Source of the DNA: the human T2T-CHM13v2.0 reference genome, Homo sapiens
Assembly: GCF_009914755.1 (NCBI RefSeq)
Contig: NC_060942.1
Reading direction: 5' to 3' (one strand)
Length of the DNA: 64,000 nucleotides
Shown: in pieces, positions 11,152-26,006 of the stretch
How the letters are laid out: each line of letters opens with the position of its first letter
How positions within the stretch are numbered: the stretch's first letter is position 1
Notes under the pieces: generated by a model
Database searches by the model: none
Seen by the model: the letters and a program-made list of their open reading frames with translations, nothing else
Told to the model about the DNA's origin: nothing
Made by a program: the position numbers and the translations under genes

Positions 11152-11654
11152 GCCATCAGCAAGTGCAAAGGCCAGTGTGGCTACAGCAGAGTGAGTGAGA
11201 GGAAGGGTGGGAAGGGAAGAAGTTGGAGCAGAGTGAAGTGGTGGGCAGATTGTGTAGGACTTTGCATACCATTAAAAGGTTTATATATAATTATTATATA
11301 GGTTCTATTATAAGTGAAATGGGACTCCATTAGAGAGTTTTAGCAGAGCAGTAACATGAAAATAATTATTCTGACTCCTTTATAGATGTGAATAGATGAT
11401 AAAGGGGCAAGAGTATAAGCAAAGAGACTAGCTAGGAGAGAATTGAAATAACCCAAGTGAGAGATGATTCAGACCTGGACTAGGATTGTAGCAGTGGAGG
11501 TGATAAGTGCTAGTATTTCGGGCCTATTTCACAATAGAGCCATCAGAATTCGCTGATGGACTGGTTATGGGATACAGGAGAAATATGATGGCATCCCATG
11601 TTTTACCTTGTTCAACAGAAAGGATAGATAGATTGTCATTTACTGAAATGAGTA

Positions 11655-11950
11655 TAGACTTTGAGATTCTTCTCTTCCCTGTGGTCCACATCTGGGAAAG
11701 CTGATAAGAAAGCCTGGGTGCCTCCTCTTTTGCACTAGCAGGAAGTTCAAGCCATGCATGCAGAAACTGTCACTCTGACATCACTCCCTAACCACAGGAA
11801 AGCCAGACACCTTTCTTTTCTTTCTTTCTCAAGCCATTTTCAGGCCTGCTTGCAACCCTGCAGTGCTCTCCCCAGAAAGCCTCATTATGTGAGTAGTAAA
11901 TCCCTTCAAACCCTCCTGACGTGTGAGGTCCATCTCACCTATGAAGGACA
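11655..11950 (+). mobile_element. ERV LTR fragment, subfamily unresolved
   Basis: LTR-like block with ccccagaaagcctcattatgtgagtagtaaa (degenerate polyA signal) interrupting L2. Confidence 0.45.
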
Positions 11951-14855
11951 TCTACAAAAGAAACAAATCAGTTTCATGGGCTGGGTAGGGAGGATGAAAG
12001 GAGGTCTAAGGAATTTATTTGGTGCAAATAAGTTTGAGTTGCCTGTTAGATATCAGGATGAAGTTGTTATGTCTGGGTACATAGATACAAGTGTCTGGAG
12101 TTTAGAAGTTAATCCTAGGCTTTAGATAGAAATTTGAGAGTCATTAGCTTGTGGATGGTTCCTAAAACCACAGACTGGAGAGGGTCACCTAGGGAATGAA
12201 CATAGAGCCGGGAGAGAGTACAAGAACTAAGCCCTGGTACTTCAGCCATTAAAGGTTATAGAGGTGAGAAGGAGCCAGAAAAACCTTCTGAGAAAGAGTT
12301 TGTGCCTTGTGACCCAGGAGGAGAATCAAGAAAAGTGGTGCCCTCAGAAGCCAAGTGAATATATTAAATGGAGAAGGGCAGAGCCATCAACAGGGTCAAA
12401 CACTGTTGACAGGTCAATGTGCCCTCTTTCCAGAGAGATTTCTTCAGTAAAAAAAAGAAGAAGTGTTTGAGCAATGGAAAAAAATTACCATCAATAAATT
12501 TAGGACAACCAACCACAAAATTTTGAAGGATTTTGCACATATTATTTCATTGCTTTCCTTTCCTTTATCAAGTCTATTGACACATTGTTTATTGATACAC
12601 AACTACTTGTCTTCTGTTTGTTGGATGGTTGACTTTAAATAATAGAAACCTTCTGTCAGTGTCTCTAATTTGGCTTAACTTGAAAATATTTGCGTAGGTG
12701 GATGCTGTATTGGGCCACCCAGGCATCTTCCCAGATTGAGATACCAGCAAGCCCTCCCTCTGCTGACTTTCCAGGACTGTCTTACAAGGCAGGATGTGAG
12801 GTGTATGGCTGTGAATATGGCTTCCCTCAGTGGTGGGTGATGGTGTGGATCATTTTCCTGAGCTGTTTGGCTGCTGGGAGGTGTGCCAGCTCCTCTGGGT
12901 GACCCAGCAGCCATGAGGCCCACCAACCCAGCCAGAACTCTCCCTGGCTGTGTAAGACTTTCATTCCAAAGCTGACAAAGCAGGGCCCCTCTCCATTTAT
13001 CCAAGGCTCTGGGATGTACCAGGCCCCTCTTCTCCTCATGTTATGCTGCATCTTCTTCTCATTTTATGCTTTAGAGGGGGTCTTCCCAGAGCTTATGTGA
13101 ACCAGGCCTCTTTGATGTTATCCTGAAAGACACAGGAAAATCTTCAGGGTGGAGTGGGGAATGAGGAAGAGACCCTTGGGGTAGACTCTTCCTCTTCCCT
13201 TCTCCACTCTATTCATTTCTTCTACAAAACAAGGTCCCAAAAGGGGAGTGTTTCTTTCAAGTGATGGCACTGAGAATAGAAAATTAAAGTGAGGCAGAGT
13301 GACTTATTCTTCTCACTAAAAAACATAGAACAGTCTTCAACCCTCACTCCTGCTCAGAGACCCTTACAAATTAACTTATAAATTTGATAGTTCTTTCCAC
13401 ACACAGAAGTCATTGATTTTCTCCATTTATATTGTAAATGCCGGTGATTCTAAGGGTATATTAATTAATTCATCCATGTGTTCAACTATGGAACACTTTT
13501 TTGACCCTGTTTTAAGTGTCAGCTGTATAATAGTAATCAAAAGAGACAAAGTTGTTGACTTGGGGATATTACATGCTAGTGAGGTGGGCATATCACAATC
13601 TCAGATGGAGACACCTGTCTTGTATGGGACAAGCAAAGGTTGGAACCAGTATTCCCGCCGGTGTAAATCTGAGTTTTGCCAATACTAGCTTTGTAATCTT
13701 GGGTGCATTATTAGCCTCCTGTGTAAATCAGTGATAATTATTGTATCTCATTTGGTTGTTGCAAGAATTGAAGCACTGAGAACCCTGAGCAAGAGTTTTG
13801 CAGACACAAAAAACACGCAAGAAAAAGTTTGACATATTCAGTGCCCTAACACAAAGCTTGTGTGGTCAGAGTTATTAAGTGGAAGGAGATGAATTGGGAA
13901 GGAGGCAGCACTCAAATTATACTGAGCCTTTATAGATTTCATTTTCAGTGAAACGTAAAGTTGCAAAAGGGTTTTATAAAGAGTCTGCTTTGTGCTTTAA
14001 GATGATGGCCATTAGCTTCCTTGGAAAGACACTTTACAACAATAATCTAGGATCAATACGAGAGATAAAAATTTATTTAAGCTTCAGGAAGTGATGAAGG
14101 TCACATTTTTATTGTCTAGTTCTATTTAACATCAGTTTATTTGGGTTTCCCTGATTTGGTTTATTAAGCTAAAAATCCAAAGGTGGAATCTTTGGCAAAT
14201 GTCTGTTTAGTATAATTCATACAAATGTGCCTCATTGTTAATTTATAGTAGGTTCTTAATCCTAATTAAATACTTTATATGCCTCCTAATTGTATTTTTG
14301 AAAAGACAATAGACAACTCCTAAAATACGTTTGGGTTGATTGTAAATCACTGTATAATGAATATAAAAATAAGGCAGTGTGTTGTAAGCATTGAGGGACC
14401 AGTGAACAAAGAGGTGTGTGCTTAACAATTGGCAGCGTCTAACTTAAAGAGGATTTTTCTGTCCTGAAAAGGGCCTTAATCTATTCGATTCATCATATCA
14501 GTTAGAAAACATGTATTGAATGTTAATATTGTGAAGGTCCTATGCTAATCATCTTTTAATTTGAAATATTTCTAATATAATGCATTTTATTCCACAAGCA
14601 CTTATTAAATATTTCCTATGTGGTAAGTGTTGGTAATTTGAAAGAGAATATGAAATGATGAACTGAGCATTTCAAACCTGGGTAATAAAGACTGTGGAAG
14701 CAGCAAGCCCCAGATGCTGCAGACACACAGGGAAGAGCAGCAGCAGCCCTAGAAATGGATGCTGGCTTTTGACTAAACAAGTCTGGAAATAAATTATTTT
14801 TGATCCCAGTATCATTTTGATCCCAGTCATCTGGTAGTAAACTTTTAGTGACCAT

Positions 14856-15318
14856 TGTGGAAGGCTGAATAATGATGTCCATGTCCTAATCCCTGGAACC
14901 TGTGAATATTACCTTACATGGCAGAAGAGACTTTGCAGATGTGATCAAAATAAAGATCTTAAGATGGGAAAATTGTCTGGATTATGCAATGGGCCAAATG
15001 TAATCACAGGGCTTGCTATGAAAGAGAGATAGAAGAGTCAAGAATTAGTAGCAGGTGGGATGACAGAAACAAGAGGTTGGAGTGATGTGAGGGAGAGGCT
15101 GCAAGCCAAGGAATGCAGGTGGTCTCTAGGAGCTAAAGAAGGTAAAGAATTTTTCCCCAAGACTCTAGAAGGAATGCAGCCATGCCAACATCTTGACTCA
15201 GTTCAGTGAGGCTGATTTTGGACCTCTGACCTCCAGAACTGAAAGCCAATAGATTTATATTGTCTTAAGCCACTAAGTTTGTGCTAATTTGTTACAGCAG
15301 CAATAGGAAACTAAAATG
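14856..15318 (+). mobile_element. MLT1C/D-type MaLR solo LTR
   Basis: ctaatccctggaacctgtgaatattaccttacatggc...taagccactaagtttgtgctaatttgttacagcagcaataggaaactaa. Confidence 0.85.
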
Positions 15319-15496
15319 CCATGGTCTCCACTGGTAGTAGTGGTGGCTATGATGAACATTTTTCCAATTAGCTAAGAACAGGGAGGGCAGGACAAGAGCC
15401 CCTTCTCTGAAGGGGGTCTCACTACTACGAACAAGGGGACAGGAATATTAGTAAATACTTTGTTTGGGGAATCTTGTAAACCAAAAATCCCCATGT

Positions 15497-15500
15497 TTTT

Positions 15501-15532
<32 letters not shown>

Positions 15533-15830
15533 TTTTTTTTTTTTTTTTTTTGAGACAGGGTCTCTCCTTGTTGCCCAGGCTGGAATGCAATGGTCCAAAT
15601 ATGGCTCACTGCAGCCTCCACCTCTTGAGCTCAGGTGATTCTAACACCTCAGCCTCTAGAGTAGCTGGGAACACAGGCACACGCCACCACACCCAGCTAA
15701 TTTTATTTTTTGTAGAGACAGGGTCTCACTATGTTTCCCAGGCTGGTCTTGAACTCCTGGGCTCAAGCAATCCTCCTGCCTTGGCCTCCCAAAGGCCTGG
15801 GATCATCGGTGTGAGCTACTGCAACTGACC
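15497..15830 (-). mobile_element. AluJ with (TTTC)n/poly-T tail
   Basis: Dimeric Alu with gggctcaagcaatcctcctgcc (J-type). Confidence 0.9.
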
Positions 15831-17560
15831 TTCCACATTTTATTTCTGCAAACTGTCATTTGTAAACATTCACTCTCATTTGTTGTTGGTGGTGGTGGTA
15901 AGATAACACATCTGTCTGACTGCCTTCTGGGTAATCTTGCCTTTTTATATAACCTTGAAAGTCATGGCAGGGCAAGGCCAAAGAGAAAAGTTCATATAAT
16001 GATACACAGTATATGTCGGAGATATATCATTAATTTAAGTATATTTATTTGGGCTGGGTATTTCAAGGAATACAAAGACAAACCTATTATTAGACACTGC
16101 CTTTAGAGGATTTTCAGTTAACAGATGGAAATTACATATGCTCACAATTGAGTTTTAGGGAAAGCAAGACAAGCTGGAGTCAGCTTGAGGAGATTGAAGA
16201 GTGCCTAATGAGGGAATCTGGCCTTTATTGGTAATGGGAGGCCACTCTGTCTTAATACCTATATTTATGGCTTTTCCCCCTGGAAGCTGTGCGTAGGATG
16301 GATTGGGGAGCAAAAAGAGAAAAGACAGACAGATTCACTAGGACTTTGTTGAAATCACTCAGAGTCATGGCAGTAGAGATGGAAAGGAGAAAACACAGAG
16401 ATCCGAAGTCAAGGAGTCTTTGACCCAGTTAGTGTACGACTGAAAGAAATATCACATCCTTTGATGCCTGGTCAAGTTTCGAAACCATATGTGAAGTATC
16501 TGGTGCATAACATAGAAAACTGTGAGAAGAAAAAAGAGCACTGTTTGTGAAGAATAGGTAACTGGAATAGATGTAATTCATTTCACATGGCCCCGAAGCC
16601 ATGACTCCTACCTGATAACTTTATACCCACCTCATTCCTGAAACTTGTTTTCTTAATCTTTTATCACTGACATGCCCATTTCACTCCTTTTTGAACATTT
16701 TACTCTTTTTGTCTTGTTTTCTGTCCTATCGCTCTTTTCTGCCCTTCCTTTCCAGCTGTGATTATTTCTCCTTGTTTCTTGACCATTTAACCAAGCACAT
16801 AAACTATTGTGATTTCTAAGCTTCTGTTCTTTGTCTATTGCTTTTCTGACTTTATATGCTCGCTTTGGTCTAACTTACTGATTTTTACACTGTCATTCTT
16901 TCAGAGTATAAAGCCATCTATCTGTGGCCCATTTCATGGCTCTAATAAAGGAATCTCAAGCTGGGAAATAATTGCTGGGATTGGTGAATTACTGTGGACA
17001 ACAAAATTACCAGCTTATCCAGAATGTGGTAATTTATAGAGCAACTTATGACATTTCCAAATGTCTCTCAGGAATATGAGCCATCCTGTACTGGGGCACT
17101 GTCCAGGACTCCTGGCTATTGGGGATTCCTACCTCATGTTATAAGGAAATATAAATGGCCAATAAACATCTCATCCCAAGATGCTCAGCCTCATTAATTA
17201 CCAGGAGAATGCAAATTTCTCAGTCATACTGTGATAGTTTACACTCACTAGATTGGAAAATATTTTTCTTCTTTTTTTATTGTTAATTATTACCTAGTCT
17301 AAGATGAAGAATATTTTTTAAATCCCTGTAAATCTGAAACATTGGCAGTGATTTAAAACAAAGGCCATTTTTATGCACTGCTGGTAGGAATGCAGAATAG
17401 CACAAACAGAAAAATATTTTGAAATTTCCCAGCAAATTTGAAATGGGCATACCCTGAAACAGAGAAACTTCATTTCTAGGTTTATATACCCTAGAGAAGT
17501 ACCAGGAAATATGAACAAGGTGTTCATAGAAGCATTGTTTATCTTAAAAAATATAATGAA

Positions 17561-17924
17561 TATATTAGTCCATTCTCACACTGCTGAGAAAAACATACTC
17601 GAGACTTGGTAATTTATAAAGGAAAGACATTTAATTGACTGACAGTTCCACATGGCTGGGGAGACCTCATAATCATGACAGAAAGTGAAGGAAGAGCAAA
17701 GGCATCTCTTACATGGCAGCAGGCAAGAGAGCAGGTGCAGGGGAGCTGCCTTTTATAAAACCATCAGATATCATGAGACTTATTCACTATCACAAGAACA
17801 GCATGGGAAAAACCTGCCCCCATGATTCACTTTTCTCCCACTGGCTCCCTTACACAACACATGGGAATTGTGGGAGATACAATTCAAGATGAGATTTGGG
17901 TGGGGACACAGCCAAACCACATCA
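17561..17924 (-). mobile_element. THE1 solo LTR inserted in an old L1M remnant
   Basis: tattagtccattctcacactgct...gggacacagccaaaccacatca; 5-bp TSD ATGAA on both sides. Confidence 0.92.
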
Positions 17925-20900
17925 ATGAAATAAAGGCAAGTCCAGAAACACACTGTTTGATATCTTTACCATTTGTGTCTACAAAGCTGCACAGTTATGG
18001 AATCTAACCAGTTATATAACCAATTATTATTGGTTAAGCTTATAAGCTACAATATATGTCGACCAATTTCCTAAAGCTCCAGTAAAGTATAATAGTTTGG
18101 ATGTTCATAAGGGAAAACAGGGAAGTAATAAACAAATAATTTAAAGTGTTGGCTATGTCTATGGGGAGGGAATATTATCTGGGAGGCGTATTCTGGGGCT
18201 TCAGTTGTATTAGTAATTTCTGTTTATTATGATGGGCAATAGACATGTAAGCATCTTATCATTATTTTTTTTTTACTGGTAAATATTCTTTTGGTGAATG
18301 CCTAGAAAAATCTAATAATTTAAGAAATGTAATTACCCTTTTACATTCCCCAACTCATGCCACTATATGAAAATAGACTATTTGATTTACTTTGGGTGGG
18401 TGGTTTTAAAATGTAGTTGTAGTTGTCAGAGCAATGTCACAAAAGTTCTAGGTTCTATTTTCACAGGGACTTTAGCCTTCACTTGCGGCTGATCAGCACA
18501 AAGCAGATATAGCCATACAAGAAATTACAGGATTGAAGACTCCTATGAAGATAGCAGAAATGGGAAGTTTGAAAACTTCATTATAAATAAAGCATTTTAT
18601 TGGGTGGTCAGAACTCTCAGAGTTAAAAAGTGATACTGAACATGCGTGTACTAATTAAATTGTGTACTCCAAGTCTGTTAGTTACATGTATTCTCAAACA
18701 AAAGACAGACTGTTTGTAATGATCATAAACTACATATTTACAGAACTTTGTAACCCTGAGCCAGTAACTTATCAGTTAGTCACCTGGTATTAATTGAGTT
18801 CTTATAAATTGTGCAGTTGGATACTAACCACTCAGGAAATTAATCTCAAATAATAGACCTGGCCCCCATCTTTGAGGAACTAGCATTATCATATTTATAA
18901 TTTACAATTGCTTATGCTCAGTCCTAGGGCAGAGCTGACCTGGGACTGTACTATGTGCAGAGAAAGAATTAAGAGTCACAGGATAACAATGCAGAAATGC
19001 AGACGAGAATTAAAATGAGGAAACATTTTCAGAAAAAGGCAGTATTAAATAAAAGGCAGTGGTAGCCAGAATGTCCAACAACCTTTACTTGTCTTGGGCT
19101 CTTGATTAAATAGAAAAATTAGCTCATAAGTAGGTTAAATTATTTGTAAGAAAATGAGCAAAATATTGTATGATGGAAAAATTCAGATATACTATAAATC
19201 GGCAAGGAAGAAAAAAAAAGAATGCAATAAATGTTCCAGGAAAATTGATTAAATATTTGGGGAAAACCAGAAATTGATCTCAAATGTGTTAATGAGTTAA
19301 TTAATGAAAATCAAAATATAAAAATCAGAAATAATTATTTTAACCTCAATGGTGTTTAACATTTCTGTAAGTAAAAAAAAAAATCTAAAAAACAACAGGA
19401 AAAAAACTATTGGAAAAACATTTGCCAAACATGGGATAAAAAAAGTCACTGATATTTTAATATATAAAGTGCTCTTTAAAGAAAAGAATAGTGAACCACA
19501 ACAGTTAAACTACCATGAAACGTAAATATAAATAAAGCAAAATATATATATGAATAAGCATATATGAATATATAAATATGAATACTTTATAAATACAAAA
19601 TGAATAATATGTAAATAGTTACTATGTTCACTCTCAGAGTTACAAAACAAAGGAAGTGACCACACACACACTTACATTTTTTTCCTGACTCAATTAGCAA
19701 AGTCTGACAAAATGGCAAAAGCAAGGGGACACAGTGAGTAGGGTAGTCTTATTACATTGTTAGTAACAGTGTAAACTGGTACAATTTTCTTTATTAATTT
19801 GGCAATATTTATCGAGATTTTTTAATCTAATTAATTCTACTTTTAGATTGAAACCTAAATAACCAATGAGACATTTTGCATTCAAATGTTTCACAAATTA
19901 ATGAAAAAGCGATAAAATAGGCCAGACAATAATTTGGGGTCAGTGAGTAATGGAAACTGAAGTTCCTAGATTTAAAGTAGAATAATGAGTTTGGCCTCAT
20001 ATACAGATGCTCGACTTCTTTTAAATTTTCAAATAGTGGTTATAGAACATTATTTCAAAGCTGAGGTACAAAAGAAATCTAATGAGATCATATGTTACCT
20101 CTTACCTTATTTATATCAGCCTATCTTCTACTAAGTGATTTGTCTATTCGATTCCCTTGTGAAATCAATCAATTTGCCAGTTCGACATGGGCTTTTCAAT
20201 TTAGAGTAGAAATGAAATTTCTGCTCTGCAGCAACTATTGGTTAACCTGAAGAAAATTTCTTAAATTCTTTGAGTCTTGGTTTCCTCATCTATCATATGA
20301 ACCTAATAATACTTTTTCAGGAGCTTTTGTACCCATCACAGTTTCTGAAAAATAAATATTTCTTCTGATTAGTAGAAGAGCCAAATTGCTTTCACAGGAG
20401 CAAAAAATTACATATATAACATATATAATAATATATGTAAACTATTCATAAGCATGGATATTCCAGAGTCATTAATACTTTAATAAATATGTGTAATGTA
20501 TAATAAAACTTCATTTATTCCAGGGTGTTCTCACTTCTATTATTTGGCTTATCATTACTTTTTTTACTCTACTTAGCTTCCAGATAATTTTCTCAAAATT
20601 CTGCATTTCTCTATTAGGGATTTCATAAGCAAGTCAACATAGCAATAGGAGAGAATCAGAAATTCGTCTGTTCTTATGATTTCCATATGATCATCAGAGC
20701 TAAGAAGTGCCATTATGGTACCAATATTCATGCTCTGTGGGCAACATGTTTTATTTCCTTATACTATTATCAACTGCTTTGAATAGTTGACATCTCTGGG
20801 ATTTACAATTGGCTTCATAATTGTGACTTACAGATAAACTTTTCACCTCAAAGATAATTTACAACAGAATCCAGAAACAGAATATTTTCAGTTTTTCTAA

Positions 20901-21016
20901 GGATCTTGAACAATAATCTCTCTCTTTATTTCCTCATGGATAAAGCTAATTAAGCCCAAGAAATATCATCACAAATCCAGATCAAGACTGGCTGCTATGC
21001 TCTAGTGGTCTCCAGC

Positions 21017-21441
21017 TGATATAGTTTGAATGTGTCCCCACCTAAATTTCATATTAAAATGTAATCCCCAATGTTGGAGGTGGGGTCTGGTGGGAGGTGA
21101 TTTGATCATGGAGGCAGATTTCTCATGAATGGTTTAGCATCATCCCCCTCAGTACTATCCTAGTGATAGTGAGTGACTTCTTCTTAGATCTGGTTGTTTA
21201 AAAGTGTGTAGCACCTCCCTACTTTCTCTCTTGCTTCTGCTCTGGCCATGTGACCTGCCTGCACCGCCTTCACCTTCCACCATGATTGTAAGCTTCCTGA
21301 GGCCTCCCAAGAAACTGAGCATGTGCCAGCATCATGCTTCCAGTATAGCCTGTAGAACTGTGAGCCAACTAAACCTTCTTTCTTTATAAATTACCGTGTT
21401 GCAGATATTTCTTTATAGCAATGCAAAATTGGACTAATACT
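21017..21441 (+). mobile_element. MSTA-type MaLR solo LTR
   Basis: tgatatagtttgaatgtgtcccc...tttctttatagcaatgcaaaattggactaatac. Confidence 0.87.
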
Positions 21442-21565
21442 GACTGCTTTCAACTTGCAGTAGCTTTCCCATGCAGTAGCTTGGGAAAAGGAAAAACCCT
21501 ATTCTCTTGCCATCTTTTCTGAGGAGCAGTGCTTCAGTCTTTGATGGTTAAAGCGGACACCAAAC

Positions 21566-21870
21566 TTTTTTTTTTTTTTTTTTTTTTTTTGAGACAGGGT
21601 CTTACTCTGTCACCCAGGCTGTAGTACAGTGGTGCAATTTTGGCTCACTGCAACTTTTGCCTCCCGGGTTCAAGCAATTCTCTGCCTCAGCTTCCCAAGT
21701 AGCTGGGATTACAGGGGCCCGCCGCCATGCCTGGCTAATTTTTTTGTAATTTTAGTAGAGATGGGGTTTCACCATCTTGACCAGGCTGGCCTTGAACTCC
21801 TGACCTTGTGATCCACCCACCTTGGCCTCCCAAAGTGCTGGGATTACAGGCATGAGCCACTGCACCTGGT
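21566..21870 (-). mobile_element. AluS
   Basis: Full dimer with poly-T; TSD ga(c/g)accaaacttt. Confidence 0.92.
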
Positions 21871-22344
21871 TGAGACCAAACTTTAAAACAGAACAAAACA
21901 GCTTAAGTCTTCAGAGCTTAGAACAGACCATAAAGTTTAAGGTTCAGGTTTAGGTTCAAGGATTGACAGGAATTGGTATACTTCCTGAATTAGCAAAGAA
22001 ACAAAGCAAAAGATTTACATAAACTCAGGGTACACAATCCCTGATACAAAGAATGTGGCTTCACGGTGCCAGCCTGTTCCCTGCTGAGAGGCTCCAAAGT
22101 CAAGTGTTCTCAGCACCTTCTGTGAAGTGAGGGGCTGAAACTCCAGGATTAGAAGTCATTGAGAGTGTGTTGAGAGAGGGAACAAACATCAGTCAAATAT
22201 CAATTCTAGTTATCTAAAAGCAATTGTTCTGATTGCCAGACCACAGGTATATCATCTAGTTTATTTCTGTTTTATTTCTTACCATGCCATCAAGCCTTGA
22301 AAATGGAGGTTTCAGTGCACTAAACCTAATCAAACAGCAAAGGC

Positions 22345-24185
22345 ACACAGGAATGGAAAGATACTCCATGTTCATGGATTAGAAAAATTGATATTGTAAA
22401 AGTACATACTATCCAAAGCATTCTACAGGTTTAGTGCAATCTCTACCAAAATTCCAATATCAATCTTCACAGAAATAGAAAAGCTATCCTGAAATTTGTG
22501 AGAAATCACAAAAGACTTCACATAGCCAAAGCAATCTGGAGCAAAAAGAACAAAGCTGGAGACATCACAGCACCTAATCTCAATTTATATTACAAAGCTA
22601 TAGTAATCAAAACAGCATGGTACTGGCATAAAACCAGATACATTGACCAATAATAGAACAGGATAGGAAGTCCAGAAATCAACCCATGCATTGATGGTCA
22701 GTTGATTTTTGACAAAGTGCCAAGAACCCATAGTGAAGAAAGAATGGTCTCTTTAATAAATGGTGTTGGGAAAATTGGATATCCACATGCAGAAAAATGA
22801 AAGTGAATCTTTATCTCCCTCTATGTACAAGAATCAACTCAAAAGAAATTAAAGACTTAAAGCAAGACCTGAAACTATAAAACTACTAGAAGGAAACCTA
22901 GGGGAAAAGCAATGGTCTGGGCAATGATTTCTTAGATATGACCCCAAAAGTACAGGCAACAAATGCAAAAATAGACAAATGTGAATTGCATCAAACTAAA
23001 AAGTTTCTGTATGGCAAAGAAAACAATTAACAAAGTGAAAAGACACTGGGAGAAAATATTTGCCAATCATACATCTCATAAAGGCCTAATATGTTTTAAA
23101 ATAAACAAGCAACACACACAACTCAATGACAAGAAAAAATTAGACCTGTTAAAAAATGGTGAAATGTCCTGAACAGACATATCTCAAAAGACATACAAAT
23201 GGCCAACATGAATATGAAAAAATGTTCAACATCACTAGTCACCAGGGAAATGCAAATTAAAACCAGAATGAGAGGTCACTGCACATCTGTTAAACTGGCT
23301 GTTATCAAAAAAGTGATACTATCTCAAGAAAAAAAAATCACAAATATTGGTGAGGATGTGGGGAAAAGAGAACCCTTGTACACTGTTGATGGGAATGTAA
23401 ATGAGTGTAGTCATTTTGGAAAGCAGCAGGGAGGTTCCTCAAAAAACTAAAAATAGAATTATCATATGATTAGCATCCCAGTTCTGGGTATATATCCAAA
23501 GGAACTGAAATCAGTATGTCAAAGAGATAACTGCACTCCTGTGCTTATTGCAACATTATTCCCAATAGCCAAGATATGGACACCACATAAATTCCCATTA
23601 ATGGATAAATGGATAACGCAAATGTGGTATATATACACAATGAAATATTATTCAACCTTAAAAAAGAAGGAAATTCTGTCATTTGTGACAACGTGGATTC
23701 ACCTGGAAGACAGTATGCTAAGTGAAATAAACCAGACACTGAAAGACCAATGCCACGTGATCTCACTTATATGCGGAATCTAAAAAAGTTGAACACACAG
23801 TAGTAGAGAGTTGAATGCTAGTTACCAGAAGCTGTGGGTTTTGAAGAAGATGGATGGGGGTAAAGGAGATGTTAGTCAAAGAGTACAAAGTTTAATTAGA
23901 CAGGAGAAATAACTTATATTGGTCTTTGCATAGCATGGTGACTATAGTTAATAATGAGTATGTATATCCATATATAAATAAAAATATATATAGTTAATGT
24001 AATGTAGATTTCAAAATTACTAAAAGAATAGGTTTTAAATATTCTTACCCCATAGTAATGATAAGTATGTGACGTGATAGATATGTTAATTAGCCTGATT
24101 TAGCCATTCCACAAGGTATACATGTATCATAATATCACACTGTACCCCATAAATATACACAATTATTTGTAAATGAAAAATTTTT
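22345..24185 (+). mobile_element. L1MA 3' portion (ORF2 C-terminal part and 3' UTR)
   Basis: [45 protein letters not shown]; L1MA-type 3' UTR ending ccccataaatatacacaattat. Confidence 0.9.
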
Positions 24186-24349
24186 TTAAAGGCAATGGCT
24201 TTTTAAAAAAGCCTTCTGTATTATTTGTCGAAGAGCTGCTATGAAGACAGAGGAAAGAAAGGGTATTGAAAAAAATTCGAAATGACTTGTGTATTAATTT
24301 CATTAGACAGACCTTACAAACATCTACTAACAAGTTCTTATTTTTAACA

Positions 24350-25680
24350 TGTTATTTAACGTGTAATATGTCACACATAGAGAAATTTTCATGTGTAGTT
24401 AATATTTATTGAATGAATACACTCAAGTTACCACCACTAGGTCAAAACAGAACATTCCAGAACCCCAGAGCCCTTCCATGTTTTGTCCAGCCCCAATTCG
24501 GCTTTTCTCCTTCCCCTGAGAGATAACCACCACCATGAGTTTTGCCTTAATCAATTCCTTGTTTTTCTCTATAGCTGCATCACTTATGTGTGCATCTCTA
24601 AACAAGACAGTTTCATTTTCTATTTTTTGCACTACATTGTATTTATGATATTCATGCTTGTTGATATGTTTCTCAATAGTCCATCTATTTTAATTGGTGA
24701 AAAGTATGTCATTGTCTAATTATACCACAATTTATTTATTCATTCTGCTGTTGATGTGTATTGGGGTCATCGTTTTTTAAGTTTACAAATAATGCTATTA
24801 TGAATATTTGTGTATTTATGTCATACATCTTTTTCTATCATTTTTACTAACAATGTTTTGATTATTAGTTTTTAGATTATCTCCTCTAAAGAACACTCAA
24901 TGAGATTCTGTTCTTCCATCTAGTCTGACAATCTCATTTCCAAAGGGAACATCCACTTAATCCATATTCAATGCAATGATCAATATACTTTAGCTCTAAC
25001 CCTCCATCCTACCTTGTACCTCCTAGTTGTACACTTATCCAATGCTATTTTTTCTCTCTCTTAAACTATTTAAATGTTTTAATTTTTAAAAAATGTTTTA
25101 AAAAAGAATGTTTCTTTAAACTATTCCATCTTCTGTCAATTCTGCATTGGGCCTGCCTCTCATCCTAATGGCTTCTTGAGAAATCATTGTGTGTGTATTC
25201 AACTGAACTCAAAATTTTTATCTTCCTCCCTTATAACATGAGAACCTTCAGATACTTCAACTCCATGTACTCCTCTTCCAATTTACAGATCCTGGCTGTC
25301 ATTTGGTACTAAATTCCATCATGTTTTATTAATCCCTTATAACATTATTAATAATTTTTTATATAGTCAATGTTTATCTACTCACATATTTGATACTTTT
25401 TTTGCTCAACTTTCTTTTTTATATCTCAACACTTCCAACTGAGATTTCTCTCCATCTGCATTTTCTACCATTTTGCATTTCTTTTAGTGAGTGTCTGCTG
25501 GTGACAAACTTTCTCAAATTTTGTTTAACTAAAGATGATCTCATTTTAACTTTTTACTTGATGGATATTTTTGCTGAGTAGAGAATTCTAGTTTGGCAGT
25601 AATTGTTCAATTCACTACATTGCAGATAATTTTCACTGTCTTCTGACTTTCATTATTGCTTTTGAGAGGTCATATACCAT
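24350..25680 (-). mobile_element. Old L1M/HAL1-like remnants
   Basis: ataccacaatttatttattcattctgctgttgatg and tttttgctgagtagagaattctagtttggcag type motifs. Confidence 0.5.
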
Positions 25681-25698
25681 TTTAATGAAATGTAGTAG

Positions 25699-26006
<308 letters not shown>

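Larger units (their letters stand above)
10820..12420 (-). mobile_element. L2a remnant interrupted by an LTR fragment at ~11655-11950
   Basis: cattcat/tattcaataaacatt L2 3' tail, ctcatggagcatataatctagtgg, aagtttgagttgcctgttagatatc. Confidence 0.7.

Noticed and set aside
12675-13060. GC-richer block with overlapping ORFs as a coding exon
   Set aside because: Peptides are unrecognisable and there are no clear splice signals; it may be an old LTR remnant, but I cannot assign it.
18450-18592. Acceptor plus AATAAA as a terminal exon
   Set aside because: All three frames stop quickly and such signals are frequent by chance in AT-rich DNA.
20002-20018. tacagatgctcgactt as the missing left TIR of MER47A
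   Set aside because: Too short, homology does not continue, and it is 18 kb from the right half.
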